This document shows positions 1 to 8,952 of a stretch of DNA of 47,082 nucleotides, piece by piece (the stretch's first letter is position 1; each line of letters opens with the position of its first letter). This stretch comes from Candidatus Sericytochromatia bacterium (lineage in GTDB: Bacteria; Cyanobacteriota; Sericytochromatia; S15B-MN24; JAQBPE01). The stretch covers positions 1 to 47,082 of the forward strand of contig JAYKHR010000135.1 in NCBI GenBank assembly GCA_035285125.1, written 5' to 3'. Below the pieces are notes generated by a model. It was not told the origin of the DNA and did not search any database. It saw only the letters and a program-made list of their open reading frames with translations. The translations under genes were made by a program, and so were the position numbers.

Positions 1-1525
1 CCACGGAGGAGAGCAGCAGCACCCCGGCATGCCGCTCCACGACGGGCCGGCCGACGGGGCGCTCGCCGGGGGCGCACAGTCGCAGCAGGGTGGCATCGGG
101 GCGCACCCGGGCGTCGTCTTCGGTCACGGGTGGCACCAGCCCCCCCGGTCCCTGCGGCAGGCTCTCCAGCCGCAAGCTGCCCTTCGCGACCGACGAGGTG
201 ACGATGAGACGGGGGCTTCGGCGCTCGAAGACGAAGCCGACGGGCACCTCCACCGTGTAGCCGCCCGCCCGGTCCTCGAGGCGGACGCTCGGGAAGACGC
301 CACCCCACACGGCGTGAAGGCCGCACCCGATCGCCACGACGGCGAGGGCCGGCAGCACCCAGAGCACGGGCAGCCAGCGGGGCGCCCGGCGCGCGGGCAG
401 CAAGGCGGGGTCGGGGCCCAGCAGGGCCGCCGCCGCCATGCCCCCGAGCAGCCCCCCGAGGTGGGCCATGTTGTCGATGTGCGGGATGGTGGCCCCCAGG
501 ATGACGTTGATGCCGAGCGTGATGAGGGAGACGTCGCGCATCGTGCGCATCTGGTAGCGCGGGATGATGCCACGGAACACCGTGCCGAGGATGAGCATCG
601 CGCCGAGCAGGCCGAACAGCGCACCCGACGCCCCCACGCTGAAGGCGTGCTGGTTGAAGGCCACGCTGGCCGTGGCCCCCGCCCCCCCGGCAATCACCCA
701 GATGGCCAGGAACTTGGGCGCGCCGAACACCTTTTCCAGCGAGGGTCCAATGGCGTACAGGCTGTAGGCGTTCACGAAGAGGTGCAGGAACCCGGCATGC
801 AGGTAGTTGGCTGCCAGCAACCGCCAGACCTCGCCCTGCTCGACGAGCGGGCGCATGGTGGCCCCGAGCCAGACGAGCGCGCCGGGGGAGGTATGCTGCA
901 GGGCCGCCCACACCCGGCCGGGCTGAGCCACCCACGCGGCAGGCTGCAGGCCTGAGCCCGTCAGCGAGAGCCAGGTCGAGCCCAGGAACATCGCCAGGAT
1001 GACGACCAGCAGCGCGTGGGCCGCCACGGGCGTGCGTGAGGCCAGAAACAGCCGGAAGGGGACCCGCCCGGCCAGCCTGGCCCGCTCCTCCTCGACGAGG
1101 TCCGCCACCGTGATGGCCTGGTCGTCGAGCGCGGCGCGCACGGCCGCGTCCACAGCGGCCTCGAAGCTCCCCTCGACCACCTCGGCGGCGCGGTTCAGCC
1201 GCCCCTCCAACAGATCGATGCCCCAGGCCCGGAACGGCCCGTCAGGCGACCCCACGACGCCCTCCCCGACCACCAGCAGGATGGCCTCGCGCAGGGCGAA
1301 GGCGGCCATCGCCTCGTGCCACAAGGCGAACCGAAGCGCCAGGTGATCGGGCTCCTCGGCCGCCGCGTCGAGCACGAACACGGCGAACGCGCCCGCCACT
1401 CCCTCGAGGAACCACCCCCGGACGCCCGTCAGCCCCGCAGGCAGTCCCGCCGTCCACGGGGCGAAGCCCGCAGACTCCATCAACGTGACGCCTACCGAGG
1501 ACTTGAACCCGTCGTACGTGGGCAT
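1..1525 (-). CDS. Rhomboid-family intramembrane serine protease with N- and C-terminal extensions (3' end runs off window)
   Basis: Manual minus-strand translation (not in the ORF track because there is no stop in the window): ...GEVWRLLAANYLHAGFLHLFVNAYSLY...SVGASGALFG...IDNMAHLGGLLGG, showing WR, HxxxN, the GASG catalytic Ser and the AHxGG His. ATG at 1525 with GGAG upstream; alternative starts at 1480 and 1309. Confidence 0.88.
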   Translation of the reverse strand, partial: MPTYDGFKSSVGVTLMESAGFAPWTAGLPAGLTGVRGWFLEGVAGAFAVFVLDAAAEEPDHLALRFALWHEAMAAFALREAILLVVGEGVVGSPDGPFRAWGIDLLEGRLNRAAEVVEGSFEAAVDAAVRAALDDQAITVADLVEEERARLAGRVPFRLFLASRTPVAAHALLVVILAMFLGSTWLSLTGSGLQPAAWVAQPGRVWAALQHTSPGALVWLGATMRPLVEQGEVWRLLAANYLHAGFLHLFVNAYSLYAIGPSLEKVFGAPKFLAIWVIAGGAGATASVAFNQHAFSVGASGALFGLLGAMLILGTVFRGIIPRYQMRTMRDVSLITLGINVILGATIPHIDNMAHLGGLLGGMAAAALLGPDPALLPARRAPRWLPVLWVLPALAVVAIGCGLHAVWGGVFPSVRLEDRAGGYTVEVPVGFVFERRSPRLIVTSSVAKGSLRLESLPQGPGGLVPPVTEDDARVRPDATLLRLCAPGERPVGRPVVERHAGVLLLSSV

Positions 1526-1600
1526 GGCGCGGGGCTCCGTCCCAGCGTGGCGCGTGCCGGCCGGGAAACCTCCATTGAAGCACGCGCCCCCGCAACTTGC

Positions 1601-1640
1601 CAAAGCAAGAGGGTCCCCGGCCGCGCGGCAGGGGACCCTC
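1601..1640 (-). terminator. Probable intrinsic terminator
   Basis: GAGGGTCCCC...GGGGACCCTC 10-bp inverted repeat (1609-1640) followed on the minus strand by TTGCTTTG, just after the stop at 1656. Confidence 0.6.
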
Positions 1641-1655
1641 GGCCACGACGGCGCG

Positions 1656-2018
1656 TCAGGCCGCCATCGCCAGCGCGCCGTGGAGGTCACCGGCCTCGCA
1701 CCAGAAGGTGGTCCGGCCAGCTCCCCGCGCAAAGTACACCTCGACCTCGGCGACGCACAGGGGGCCATGTTCGCCCGAGTGGTACAGGCGGAAGCGCACG
1801 TAGCCGCTGGCGCGCTCGTCATCGACCACGACCTTGTGCACCTCATTCGAGAGGTGGGCAGCCACCACGTCCCACCCCCAGCGGCCGCGGAACAGCGCCC
1901 GGGCCCCGGTCCCGTCGGCGTTGCCGACGTAGGCATAGCAAGGGTAGGTCGCCATCAGGGTGGCGAGCGACCGCGTCGCCTCGTGAGCCGGCTGCATCAG
2001 GCTGAGGGTCGAAGGCAT
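1656..2018 (-). CDS. Hypothetical protein (120 aa)
   Basis: MPSTLSLMQPAHEATR... has protein-like composition, GGGAGA upstream of the ATG and a terminator downstream. Confidence 0.7.
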   Translation of the reverse strand: MPSTLSLMQPAHEATRSLATLMATYPCYAYVGNADGTGARALFRGRWGWDVVAAHLSNEVHKVVVDDERASGYVRFRLYHSGEHGPLCVAEVEVYFARGAGRTTFWCEAGDLHGALAMAA

Positions 2019-2078
2019 CGGGCGTCTCCCAATCGGTGCGCAATGCGTGGTCAACTGGGGGGTATATCGGACAGTCTC

Positions 2079-2105
2079 TTAACAAGTTTCTTAACACCTG
2101 ATTAT
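2079..2105. promoter_or_regulatory. TTAA-N8-TTAA-N7-TTAT direct-repeat motif
   Basis: TTAAcaagtttcTTAAcacctgaTTAT in an AT-rich intergenic region; related motif at four other sites. Confidence 0.5.
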
Positions 2106-2287
2106 GACGGCAAAAACTTTCGATGAAGGTCTGCGAGCGCCGACGGCCGGCGCCCTGCGGGGGCCCCTGCGGTCGAGCCAGGCCGGGGCAAGGCGGGGTG
2201 GCAGGTTGCCGACCGAGCCGCGCGGGTATGTTGAGGACGCCCCCACCCCCGACGAGGCCCTGCGTCTTGGACCGCACGTCCCGCGAC

Positions 2288-2527
2288 ATGACCCCTGAAG
2301 AGGCCCACGAGTTGCTGACGGCCTACGTGCACGCTCAGCTGGGCCCGCAGGCTTCGGTGGGCGCCCCGATGTGGCGGGAGGACCACGAGGTCTGGGAGGC
2401 CTGGGTCGGCGGGCTGCCCCAGCACGTGAAGGCCTTCATCGTGCGGCTCGGCACCGACCACGGGGCCCCCGTGTGCAGGCACATCACGGTTATGGACCGG
2501 GACCCGCGCGGCCTCGACCTCGACTGA
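2288..2527 (+). CDS. Small hypothetical protein (79 aa)
   Basis: MTPEEAHELLTAYVHAQLG... has GC3-rich codons and fills the gap between genes; start uncertain. Confidence 0.6.
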   Translation: MTPEEAHELLTAYVHAQLGPQASVGAPMWREDHEVWEAWVGGLPQHVKAFIVRLGTDHGAPVCRHITVMDRDPRGLDLD

Positions 2528-2535
2528 GGTTCCCG

Positions 2536-3144
2536 TCAGCCGCCCGTCCCGAAGCGCCTTGCCAGGGCCGCGAAGGGATTCGCCGCGGCGCTGGCGAAGG
2601 TCCCGCTGTCTGCCTCCCGCCAGGCCACGACAGCCAGGTCGACCGGCTTGAAGGTGTCGAGGAGGAGCTGCGCGAGGGCTGGCTCGACCTTGTCGGGCCG
2701 GGGCGGCAGCAGGCGCCCGAGGCCGACGGCCTGGCGATCGAGGCGGCTGGCGAGGGGCTCGACCTCGGCCAGCGGCTTGTAGCGGCCGGCTGTCTTGCCC
2801 CCCTTCACGAGGGCCTCCAGGGGGGCGTGCAGGTCCCCTCGCAGACCCGCGAGGGCGTCCTCACCGTCACAGACCAGGAACAGGCCGACCGGGGCATCCG
2901 GCCGCTTGCCGGGCCGGAACCAGGCCTCCCAGCGCAGGCCCGGCCGGTGGGGCACGCCGTCGCCGCCGGCCTCGAAGGGCCAGCCCGCCGGGGCGAGCCG
3001 CCAGGCCCAGCGCGCCTCGTCCCCCACCTCGTCGTGCACCAGCCGCGGCGCCACCCGCCAGGGCGTCGTGCCGAGCCGCTCTGCCAACGGCGCCGCCACC
3101 GCAGCCAGCCGCTCGGCCCACGCCATCGCCTCGTCCTTCTTCAT
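2536..3144 (-). CDS. Hypothetical protein (202 aa)
   Basis: GGGAGG RBS before the ATG, TACAAT -10-like box upstream (~3175-3180), typical codon bias. Confidence 0.75.
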   Translation of the reverse strand: MKKDEAMAWAERLAAVAAPLAERLGTTPWRVAPRLVHDEVGDEARWAWRLAPAGWPFEAGGDGVPHRPGLRWEAWFRPGKRPDAPVGLFLVCDGEDALAGLRGDLHAPLEALVKGGKTAGRYKPLAEVEPLASRLDRQAVGLGRLLPPRPDKVEPALAQLLLDTFKPVDLAVVAWREADSGTFASAAANPFAALARRFGTGG

Positions 3145-3232
3145 CGCGCCTCCCGCCCGCTGTCAGGCGCTCCCATTGTAGCTGAAGGTCGCAGGCGTCT
3201 CGGGGTAGATAGCCGGCAGGAGGGCCCTCGAG

Positions 3233-4303
3233 ATGAACCCGAGACAGCTCCTGGGGCTGGCCGGCGGCTTCCTGCTGGTCTACATCGTCATCACCCTCAC
3301 CAACAGGCCCGTCGTGACGCCCCGGGAACCTGCCGGCGCGGGGCCCGACGCCGCGGCCGCCAGCCCGGCAGCCGACCAGGCCGGGCGCGTGCGGGGCTTC
3401 ACGCTGCTGCCCCCCCCTGGCGCCCCCGTCGACGACGCGAGCAGCCTGGCAGCCCTCCGCGCGATCGCCGGCACGGGCGCCCGCTGGGTGGCGCTGCGCC
3501 CGGTCCTGACGCAGGCCACCGGGACCTCCCCCGAGGTGCCGGCAGACGCCACCCCGCCCGAAGAGCTCGCGCGCTGGCGCAAGGTGCTGCAAGAGGCGCA
3601 CGCCGCCGGGCTGGCCGTCATGCTGCGCCCGCTGGTGGCGGCAGCCGACGGCACCCGCCGCGAGGCGATCGCCCCGCCCGCCCCGACGGCCTGGCTCGCC
3701 AGCTGGGAGCGCGCGCTGCAGCCCTGGCTGACGTTGGCCCAGGCGGAGCGCGTCGAGCTGTTCTGCCTGGGCTCCAACATGACGCGCCTGCAGGCCGAGG
3801 CCGGCTGGCGGGACCTCGCCACCAGGGCGCGGACGCAATACACCGGGCGGCTGACCTACGCCAGCAGCGTGGAGGAGGCGGCCTATCGCCAGGTGAGCTG
3901 GTGGGACGCGGTGGACTACGTCGGCCTTGACGCCTTCTTCCCCCTGAGCCGCACGGCCGAGCCCGATGGCGAGGCCCTGCGGCTGGGGTGGCAGGGCGTC
4001 GTCGACGAGCTCACGGCCTGGCGCGGCCAGGCGCCCGACCGCCCCGTGCTGTTCACGGCCGTGGGCGTGCCCAGCGTCGTGGGTGGCGCCATCGCGCCTG
4101 CGCTGCCGGACGCCACGGCCCCGCGGGACGAGGGGCTGCCCGCCCGGGCGGCCGAGGCGCTGTTCGCCACGGTCTGGCAGCAGCCCTGGTTCGCAGGCAT
4201 GTTCTGGCACACCTGGGCGGGTGGCGGCCGGGCCCACGAGGCCTTCCGCACGGCGGACACGCCGACGGCTGCAGCCTTGCAGGCGGGCTACGGGGCGCCC
4301 TGA
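3233..4303 (+). CDS. GH113-like (beta-mannanase-type TIM barrel) protein with N-terminal membrane anchor; catalytic Glu residues absent
   Basis: GH113-like pattern AHAAGLAVMLRP, VELFCLGSNM, YTGRLTYA, VSWWDAVDYVGLDAFFPL, PVLFTAVG, PWFAGMFW; N-terminal TM helix; AGGAGG RBS. Confidence 0.75.
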   Translation: MNPRQLLGLAGGFLLVYIVITLTNRPVVTPREPAGAGPDAAAASPAADQAGRVRGFTLLPPPGAPVDDASSLAALRAIAGTGARWVALRPVLTQATGTSPEVPADATPPEELARWRKVLQEAHAAGLAVMLRPLVAAADGTRREAIAPPAPTAWLASWERALQPWLTLAQAERVELFCLGSNMTRLQAEAGWRDLATRARTQYTGRLTYASSVEEAAYRQVSWWDAVDYVGLDAFFPLSRTAEPDGEALRLGWQGVVDELTAWRGQAPDRPVLFTAVGVPSVVGGAIAPALPDATAPRDEGLPARAAEALFATVWQQPWFAGMFWHTWAGGGRAHEAFRTADTPTAAALQAGYGAP

Positions 4304-5139
4304 CGCCCCGTAGCCTCGCCCACCGCGTGCCAGGCCCCGTCAGCGCCCGCCCTCACGCGCCCGTCTGCGCGCAGCTTCCCCAGGTGGGCCTCGATCTGCC
4401 GGGCGGCCACGCGCGCGATGACACCGTGGGCGTGCGGGTAAAGCCTCGCCGTCAGCCCCGCCACGTCACCGGCCCCGGCCCGCACCGCGGCGAGGACCTG
4501 AGCCTCGCGGCGCAGGCGGTGCGAGCGGTAGACCTCCAGCCGATCCGAGGCGTCGTGGATCGGCTGCCCGTGGCCCGGCCAGAGCACGGCGGGTCGCAAC
4601 GCCGCCAGGCGCTCGAGCGAGGCCAGGTAGGCCGCCATGTCGCCATCAGGCGGGGCGACCACGACCGTGCCCTGCCCCACCACGACGTCCCCCGTGAGCA
4701 CCCCCCGATCCTCGAGGCGCAGGAAGCAGAAGTGATCGCTGGCGTGGCCCGGCGTGTGGAGGGCCTCCCAGCTCACGCCGTCGACCAGCAACCGGACGCC
4801 GTCGTGCAGGGCACGGGCCGGCGGCTGGAGGCCGGGAATCTGGTAGGTGGGGGCCGGCACGGCGTTTGCCACCAGTGGCGCCCCCGTGCGGGCCTGCAGC
4901 GCCGGCACGGCGCAGGCGTGGTCGGGGTGGGCGTGCGTCAGCCAGATGGCCGCCACGCGCCCCGGCGCACACGCGGCCAGGATGGCCTCCACGTGGCGAT
5001 CGGCAGCTGGGCCGGGGTCCACCACCACGACGTCCCGGTCGCCGAGCAGCCAGGTGTTGGTGCCAGGCCCCGTCATCGGGCCCGGGTTCGGTGCCACCAG
5101 GCAGCGGATCCCGGGGGCAACTCGGACGGGGACGCTCAC
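4288..5139 (-). CDS. MBL-fold metallo-hydrolase (LACTB2-like) with C-terminal winged helix
   Basis: APNPGPMTGPGTNTW, THAHPDH, HTPGHASDH, TGD and PGHG motifs. Confidence 0.9.
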   Translation of the reverse strand: MSVPVRVAPGIRCLVAPNPGPMTGPGTNTWLLGDRDVVVVDPGPAADRHVEAILAACAPGRVAAIWLTHAHPDHACAVPALQARTGAPLVANAVPAPTYQIPGLQPPARALHDGVRLLVDGVSWEALHTPGHASDHFCFLRLEDRGVLTGDVVVGQGTVVVAPPDGDMAAYLASLERLAALRPAVLWPGHGQPIHDASDRLEVYRSHRLRREAQVLAAVRAGAGDVAGLTARLYPHAHGVIARVAARQIEAHLGKLRADGRVRAGADGAWHAVGEATGRQGAP

Positions 5140-5969
5140 ATGCGGCTCGGGTCAAAGGCAGGCAGGGGCGCCTCCGCAGCCTCGTCGTAGCCGGGGTCGC
5201 CAGGCAGCAGGGCCACGGGCTCGCCGTCTCGCATCACGATGCGGGGCAGGATCGGCTCGACGCGGCGCCCGCGCGCCTGGGCCATGGCCTCGGCGGCGGT
5301 GCGGCAGGGCAACAGGGCCTCCAGCGACCGCGCGGTGGGCAAGATGACGGTCATCCGGCCCGTGCGCCGGGCCTCCAAGGCCTCTTCGGGGCGGAGCCAC
5401 ACGCCCGCCTCGACCTCCCGATTGTCGGCCAGCGGCTCCTGGTCAGGCGGGGCCTCGGCCAGGAAGAAGCGGGTCGAGAAGCGCTTCGGCGTACCCAGCG
5501 GGGTGATCCAGTGCGCGAAGTAGGCCACCTGCTCCGTCGTGAACGTCAGGCCCTCCGCCGCCACCAGCGCCTGCCAGGACAGGCGTCCTGCCAGGAGGGA
5601 GGCCCGCAGGTCCTCCCAGCGGGCTCGGTCGTCGCCGCCCGTGCTCACCCGCGTGCCTGCCGACGTCCGCGCCAGCAGCACGCCGGCCTCCTCGAAGGTC
5701 TCGCGCAAGGCCGCCACGACGTGCGCCGCAGCGCGGGCCGGGGCCAGCCTGAGGCGCTCGCCCCAGCTCGCGGCGTCATCCGCCCCGAGCCGACAGACAA
5801 GCTCCGGGGACTCGTCTTCAGGGTCCACGGCGCCCCCGGGAAACACGTAGGCCCCGCCCACGAAGTCGCTCGCGAGGTGCCGCCGCACCATGAAGACCTC
5901 GAGCCCCGCGGCGCCGTCCCGCAGGAGCAGGACAGTGGCAGACTCCCGCGGCGGCCGGGCGTCGCTCAT
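5136..5969 (-). CDS. NUDIX hydrolase (Nudt19/acyl-CoA diphosphatase-like)
   Basis: SATVLLLRD, YVFPGGAVD, AALRETFEEAGVLL, HWITP...KRFSTRFF; ATG overlaps the upstream stop (ATGA). Confidence 0.88.
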   Translation of the reverse strand: MSDARPPRESATVLLLRDGAAGLEVFMVRRHLASDFVGGAYVFPGGAVDPEDESPELVCRLGADDAASWGERLRLAPARAAAHVVAALRETFEEAGVLLARTSAGTRVSTGGDDRARWEDLRASLLAGRLSWQALVAAEGLTFTTEQVAYFAHWITPLGTPKRFSTRFFLAEAPPDQEPLADNREVEAGVWLRPEEALEARRTGRMTVILPTARSLEALLPCRTAAEAMAQARGRRVEPILPRIVMRDGEPVALLPGDPGYDEAAEAPLPAFDPSRM

Positions 5970-7147
5970 ACGGACTCGCCTGCCGGCACGCGCGGCGGTG
6001 GCCCGCCGGGAAGCTGGGACAGGGCTATCTCGATGAGTTCCTCGATGGCGCGGTCGTTCTTGGCCCGACGCAGGTTCTGCCGCGTCGCCTCGTACATGTT
6101 CGGGTTGTCCATGTACTGCCGCACGAGGGCCGTGAGGCTCTGCTCCGCGGTGATGGCGCGGCCGAGGTTCTGCTTCACGACGAGTTCCAGGTTGCCGGCC
6201 TCTTGCAGCATGGGCTCCCGGGTGGCGTCGATGCACATCGGCAGCTCCTTGGCGATCGCCTCGGCAATCGTGCCCGGCCCCGGCTTGCCCACCATCACGT
6301 CGGCGGCATCCATCAAGACATGCATCTGGTCCGTGAACCCCAGCACCTTGATGGGCACGTCGACCGAGGCAGCCAGCCGCTCGCAGCGGGCGCGAAGCCG
6401 CTCGTTGCGGCCGCACACGGCGATGACCTGGACCGGCAAGCCGCTGCGAACAAGCTCCCGCGTGAAGTAGTACGTGGCGCCGACAGCCATGCCACCCATC
6501 GAGATCAGCACCGTGAACCGGGTGGGATCGAGGCCGAGTTGCTGGCGGGCCTCGAACTTGGGCACCTTCGACAGGAACTTCTGGTTCACAGGCAGGCCCG
6601 AGAGCACCCGGATCTTGTCGGCAGGCACGCCGTACTCGACCAGTTGCTCGCGCGCCTGGTCGTGCAGCGCGATCGTCAGGTTGGCCTCGGGGTGGGCCCA
6701 GTTCCGCAAGAACCCCTTCGTGAGATCGGTGCACCAGATCACATAGGGGACCTTGCCGAACCACTTCAGGTCCTTGAGCGTCTCGATGGCAATGTGGTTC
6801 ACCACGGCGAAGACCGAGATGATCATGTCAGGCTTCACGCTCTCGAGGGTCTTCTTGAGGTTCCGCGCGGCCTTTGGCAGCAACGGGATGGCCACCTTCT
6901 CAACATTCAGGCGGTTCATCATCCGCATGCCCATATTGGAGTACGAGGGCTTGATCTTGAGCAGGTGGTTGTAGACGTCCATCAGGTGAGAGACCCGCTG
7001 GCTGCCCGTCGCCGCCCGCACGGGCATCAGCACGACCTCGAACGCCCCGGGGTGCAGCGACGCGAGCGCGGCCTCGATGGCCTTGGCTGCGGCGTAGTGA
7101 CCACCGCCGGCGGTCTCGTAGATCACCATGATTTTCTTCTTGGACAT
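5966..7147 (-). CDS. GT28 glycosyltransferase, MGDG synthase / UgtP-like diacylglycerol glycosyltransferase
   Basis: GGGHYAAAKAI, PDMIISV, CTD, W.HP, GLPV, VCGRN, GFTDQMHVLMDAAD, KPGPGTIAEA, QEAGN; GAGGGG RBS. Confidence 0.88.
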   Translation of the reverse strand: MSKKKIMVIYETAGGGHYAAAKAIEAALASLHPGAFEVVLMPVRAATGSQRVSHLMDVYNHLLKIKPSYSNMGMRMMNRLNVEKVAIPLLPKAARNLKKTLESVKPDMIISVFAVVNHIAIETLKDLKWFGKVPYVIWCTDLTKGFLRNWAHPEANLTIALHDQAREQLVEYGVPADKIRVLSGLPVNQKFLSKVPKFEARQQLGLDPTRFTVLISMGGMAVGATYYFTRELVRSGLPVQVIAVCGRNERLRARCERLAASVDVPIKVLGFTDQMHVLMDAADVMVGKPGPGTIAEAIAKELPMCIDATREPMLQEAGNLELVVKQNLGRAITAEQSLTALVRQYMDNPNMYEATRQNLRRAKNDRAIEELIEIALSQLPGGPPPRVPAGESV

Positions 7148-7269
7148 GGCTTCCCCTCGGCACGTGGCGCTCGGATGCGCCCCCATTATGCCCTGTAACG
7201 CCCGGCGTGGCGACGGGGCCCGGCCTGCGCACGTGACGGCGATTGCTGCACCGGCTAAGCTTGGCGGCC

Positions 7270-8808
7270 ATGCTCGGAGGCATGAGCGGCACCACTGCCC
7301 TGGAACCTGCCACCGCCAAGCGCCTGGCCAGCACGACCCGCCAGCTCTACGAGGCCGCCCAGGCCTCGGGCTGGGCGGCCTCAGCGCGCGCCGAGTTGCT
7401 GCGGGCAGCCCTCGACGCCGTCACCACCTACCTCTCGGAGTCGCCCACCGACGAGGGGGCACGGCCCTACCAGCTGCTGGTGCTCGACCTGGCGGCGGGC
7501 TGCACCGCAGAGGAGCTCGCGAGCTGGCCGGAGGAGGATCTGCGGGCCACCCGCCTGGCGGCGACCCGGGGGCTGGCTAGTGGGGCGCGCCCCGAGCACC
7601 GGCCGCGGGCCCAGGCCCTGCTCAAGCGCCTTGACCTGGTGCAAGATCCGCTGTTGCAGGCGCGGGAGCGCCTCTCCGTCGTGGTGTCCCGCGGCCTGCG
7701 CGACCTCCCCGCGGACGCCTCCGACCCCCGCAGCGACAGCTTCCGCGCTGACGTGGCGCTGCGGGCGGTGGCCCGGCGCCTGGGCGCCATGCCCCAGCCC
7801 CCCCAGGACACGGCCTGGCACGCTCACGTGCTGGCCCAGGCCGAGGCGCTTCGCGCCGCCCTCACGGAGGGAGACGTGCGGACCAGCCTGACGCGCCTCA
7901 GGCTCTTCGAGGCGATGCAGCTGCTGCTGGCGCCGCCTCGCGGTGCGCTGCCGACGCAGCAGGCCACCGAGGCGCTGGCCGCGCTGGAGGTGGCCGACGA
8001 TCCCGACGGCTTTGCTCGGAACGCCATCTACCGGCTGGTGTTCCGGCTCGACCTTGCCGCAGCCCAGGTGGCCGAGCGAAACGCGCTGGCGGGGCTGCTC
8101 GGTCGGCTGCCGGCGGTCCACCGACGCCTTGCGGCAGAGCCCCCAGACGCGCGGGAGGCGGGCCTGCTGCGGCTGCGCCACGAGCTGGCGAGCCCGGCCG
8201 AGCCAGGGCTCGAGGCCCGCCTCGAGCGACTGCTTGGCTGGCTGAGCAGCCTGACGTCCCGGCGGGATGCGGCGACGGCCAGGCTGGCCCGGGCAGAGGC
8301 CTCGAACGAGGTCCCCAAGGCCGTGCTGACCGCGCGCAACCGCCTGCGACAGCTCGAGCGCCTGCGCGACGCCCTGCTCGAGGTCGAGGCCACCCGCCTG
8401 GGGCCCGCCGGGGAAGGGGCGCTGGAGCAGACCTGCCGGGACCTCGACCGCGTGGCCGCCGAGCCCTTCTGGGACGCCGAGACCTTCGAGGTGCTGCTCT
8501 CGGACCTCCGGCGCCGCCTCGAGGCCCCGGAGGCCACGGCCAGGCCCGAGTGGCGCAAGCTCCAGGCGCTCCTGCACCGTGTGGAGGACCTCCGCGACGT
8601 GACGCCTGACGGCCCGGGCCGGGGCCTGCTCGCGAAGGTGAGGTTCTGCCTGGGGGGGCTGTCGGGCCGCGCCGGACGAGACGGGATGCCAGCCCCGCTG
8701 CTGGACGCGCTGGAACCCGCGCTGGAGGCCTTCGCGGAGGGTGAGCCCGCCCCCCTGGCCCAGTGCCTCGCCGCGCTGATGCGCAGGCTGGGGCCGCCCG
8801 GGCCGTAG
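7270..8808 (+). CDS. Hypothetical all-alpha-helical protein (~510 aa)
   Basis: Long Leu/Ala/Arg/Glu-rich ORF with GC3 bias and no recognised motif; start could be 7270 or 7282. Confidence 0.7.
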   Translation: MLGGMSGTTALEPATAKRLASTTRQLYEAAQASGWAASARAELLRAALDAVTTYLSESPTDEGARPYQLLVLDLAAGCTAEELASWPEEDLRATRLAATRGLASGARPEHRPRAQALLKRLDLVQDPLLQARERLSVVVSRGLRDLPADASDPRSDSFRADVALRAVARRLGAMPQPPQDTAWHAHVLAQAEALRAALTEGDVRTSLTRLRLFEAMQLLLAPPRGALPTQQATEALAALEVADDPDGFARNAIYRLVFRLDLAAAQVAERNALAGLLGRLPAVHRRLAAEPPDAREAGLLRLRHELASPAEPGLEARLERLLGWLSSLTSRRDAATARLARAEASNEVPKAVLTARNRLRQLERLRDALLEVEATRLGPAGEGALEQTCRDLDRVAAEPFWDAETFEVLLSDLRRRLEAPEATARPEWRKLQALLHRVEDLRDVTPDGPGRGLLAKVRFCLGGLSGRAGRDGMPAPLLDALEPALEAFAEGEPAPLAQCLAALMRRLGPPGP

Positions 8809-8952
8809 CCCCCGGCCTCGGCCCGGTCCGTCCGGCCCGAGGCCGACAGGGCGTCGAACGGCCGGCCCGAGTCTGGTAACATGGCGCCGCCCGGTCGGTG
8901 CCGGGCACCCATGTGTCGGTGCCAGCCGACCCCAGCCCGTGAGGTCCACCCC

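Noticed and set aside
29..955. 308-aa plus-strand ORF
   Set aside because: Antisense to the rhomboid gene, which has clear catalytic motifs.
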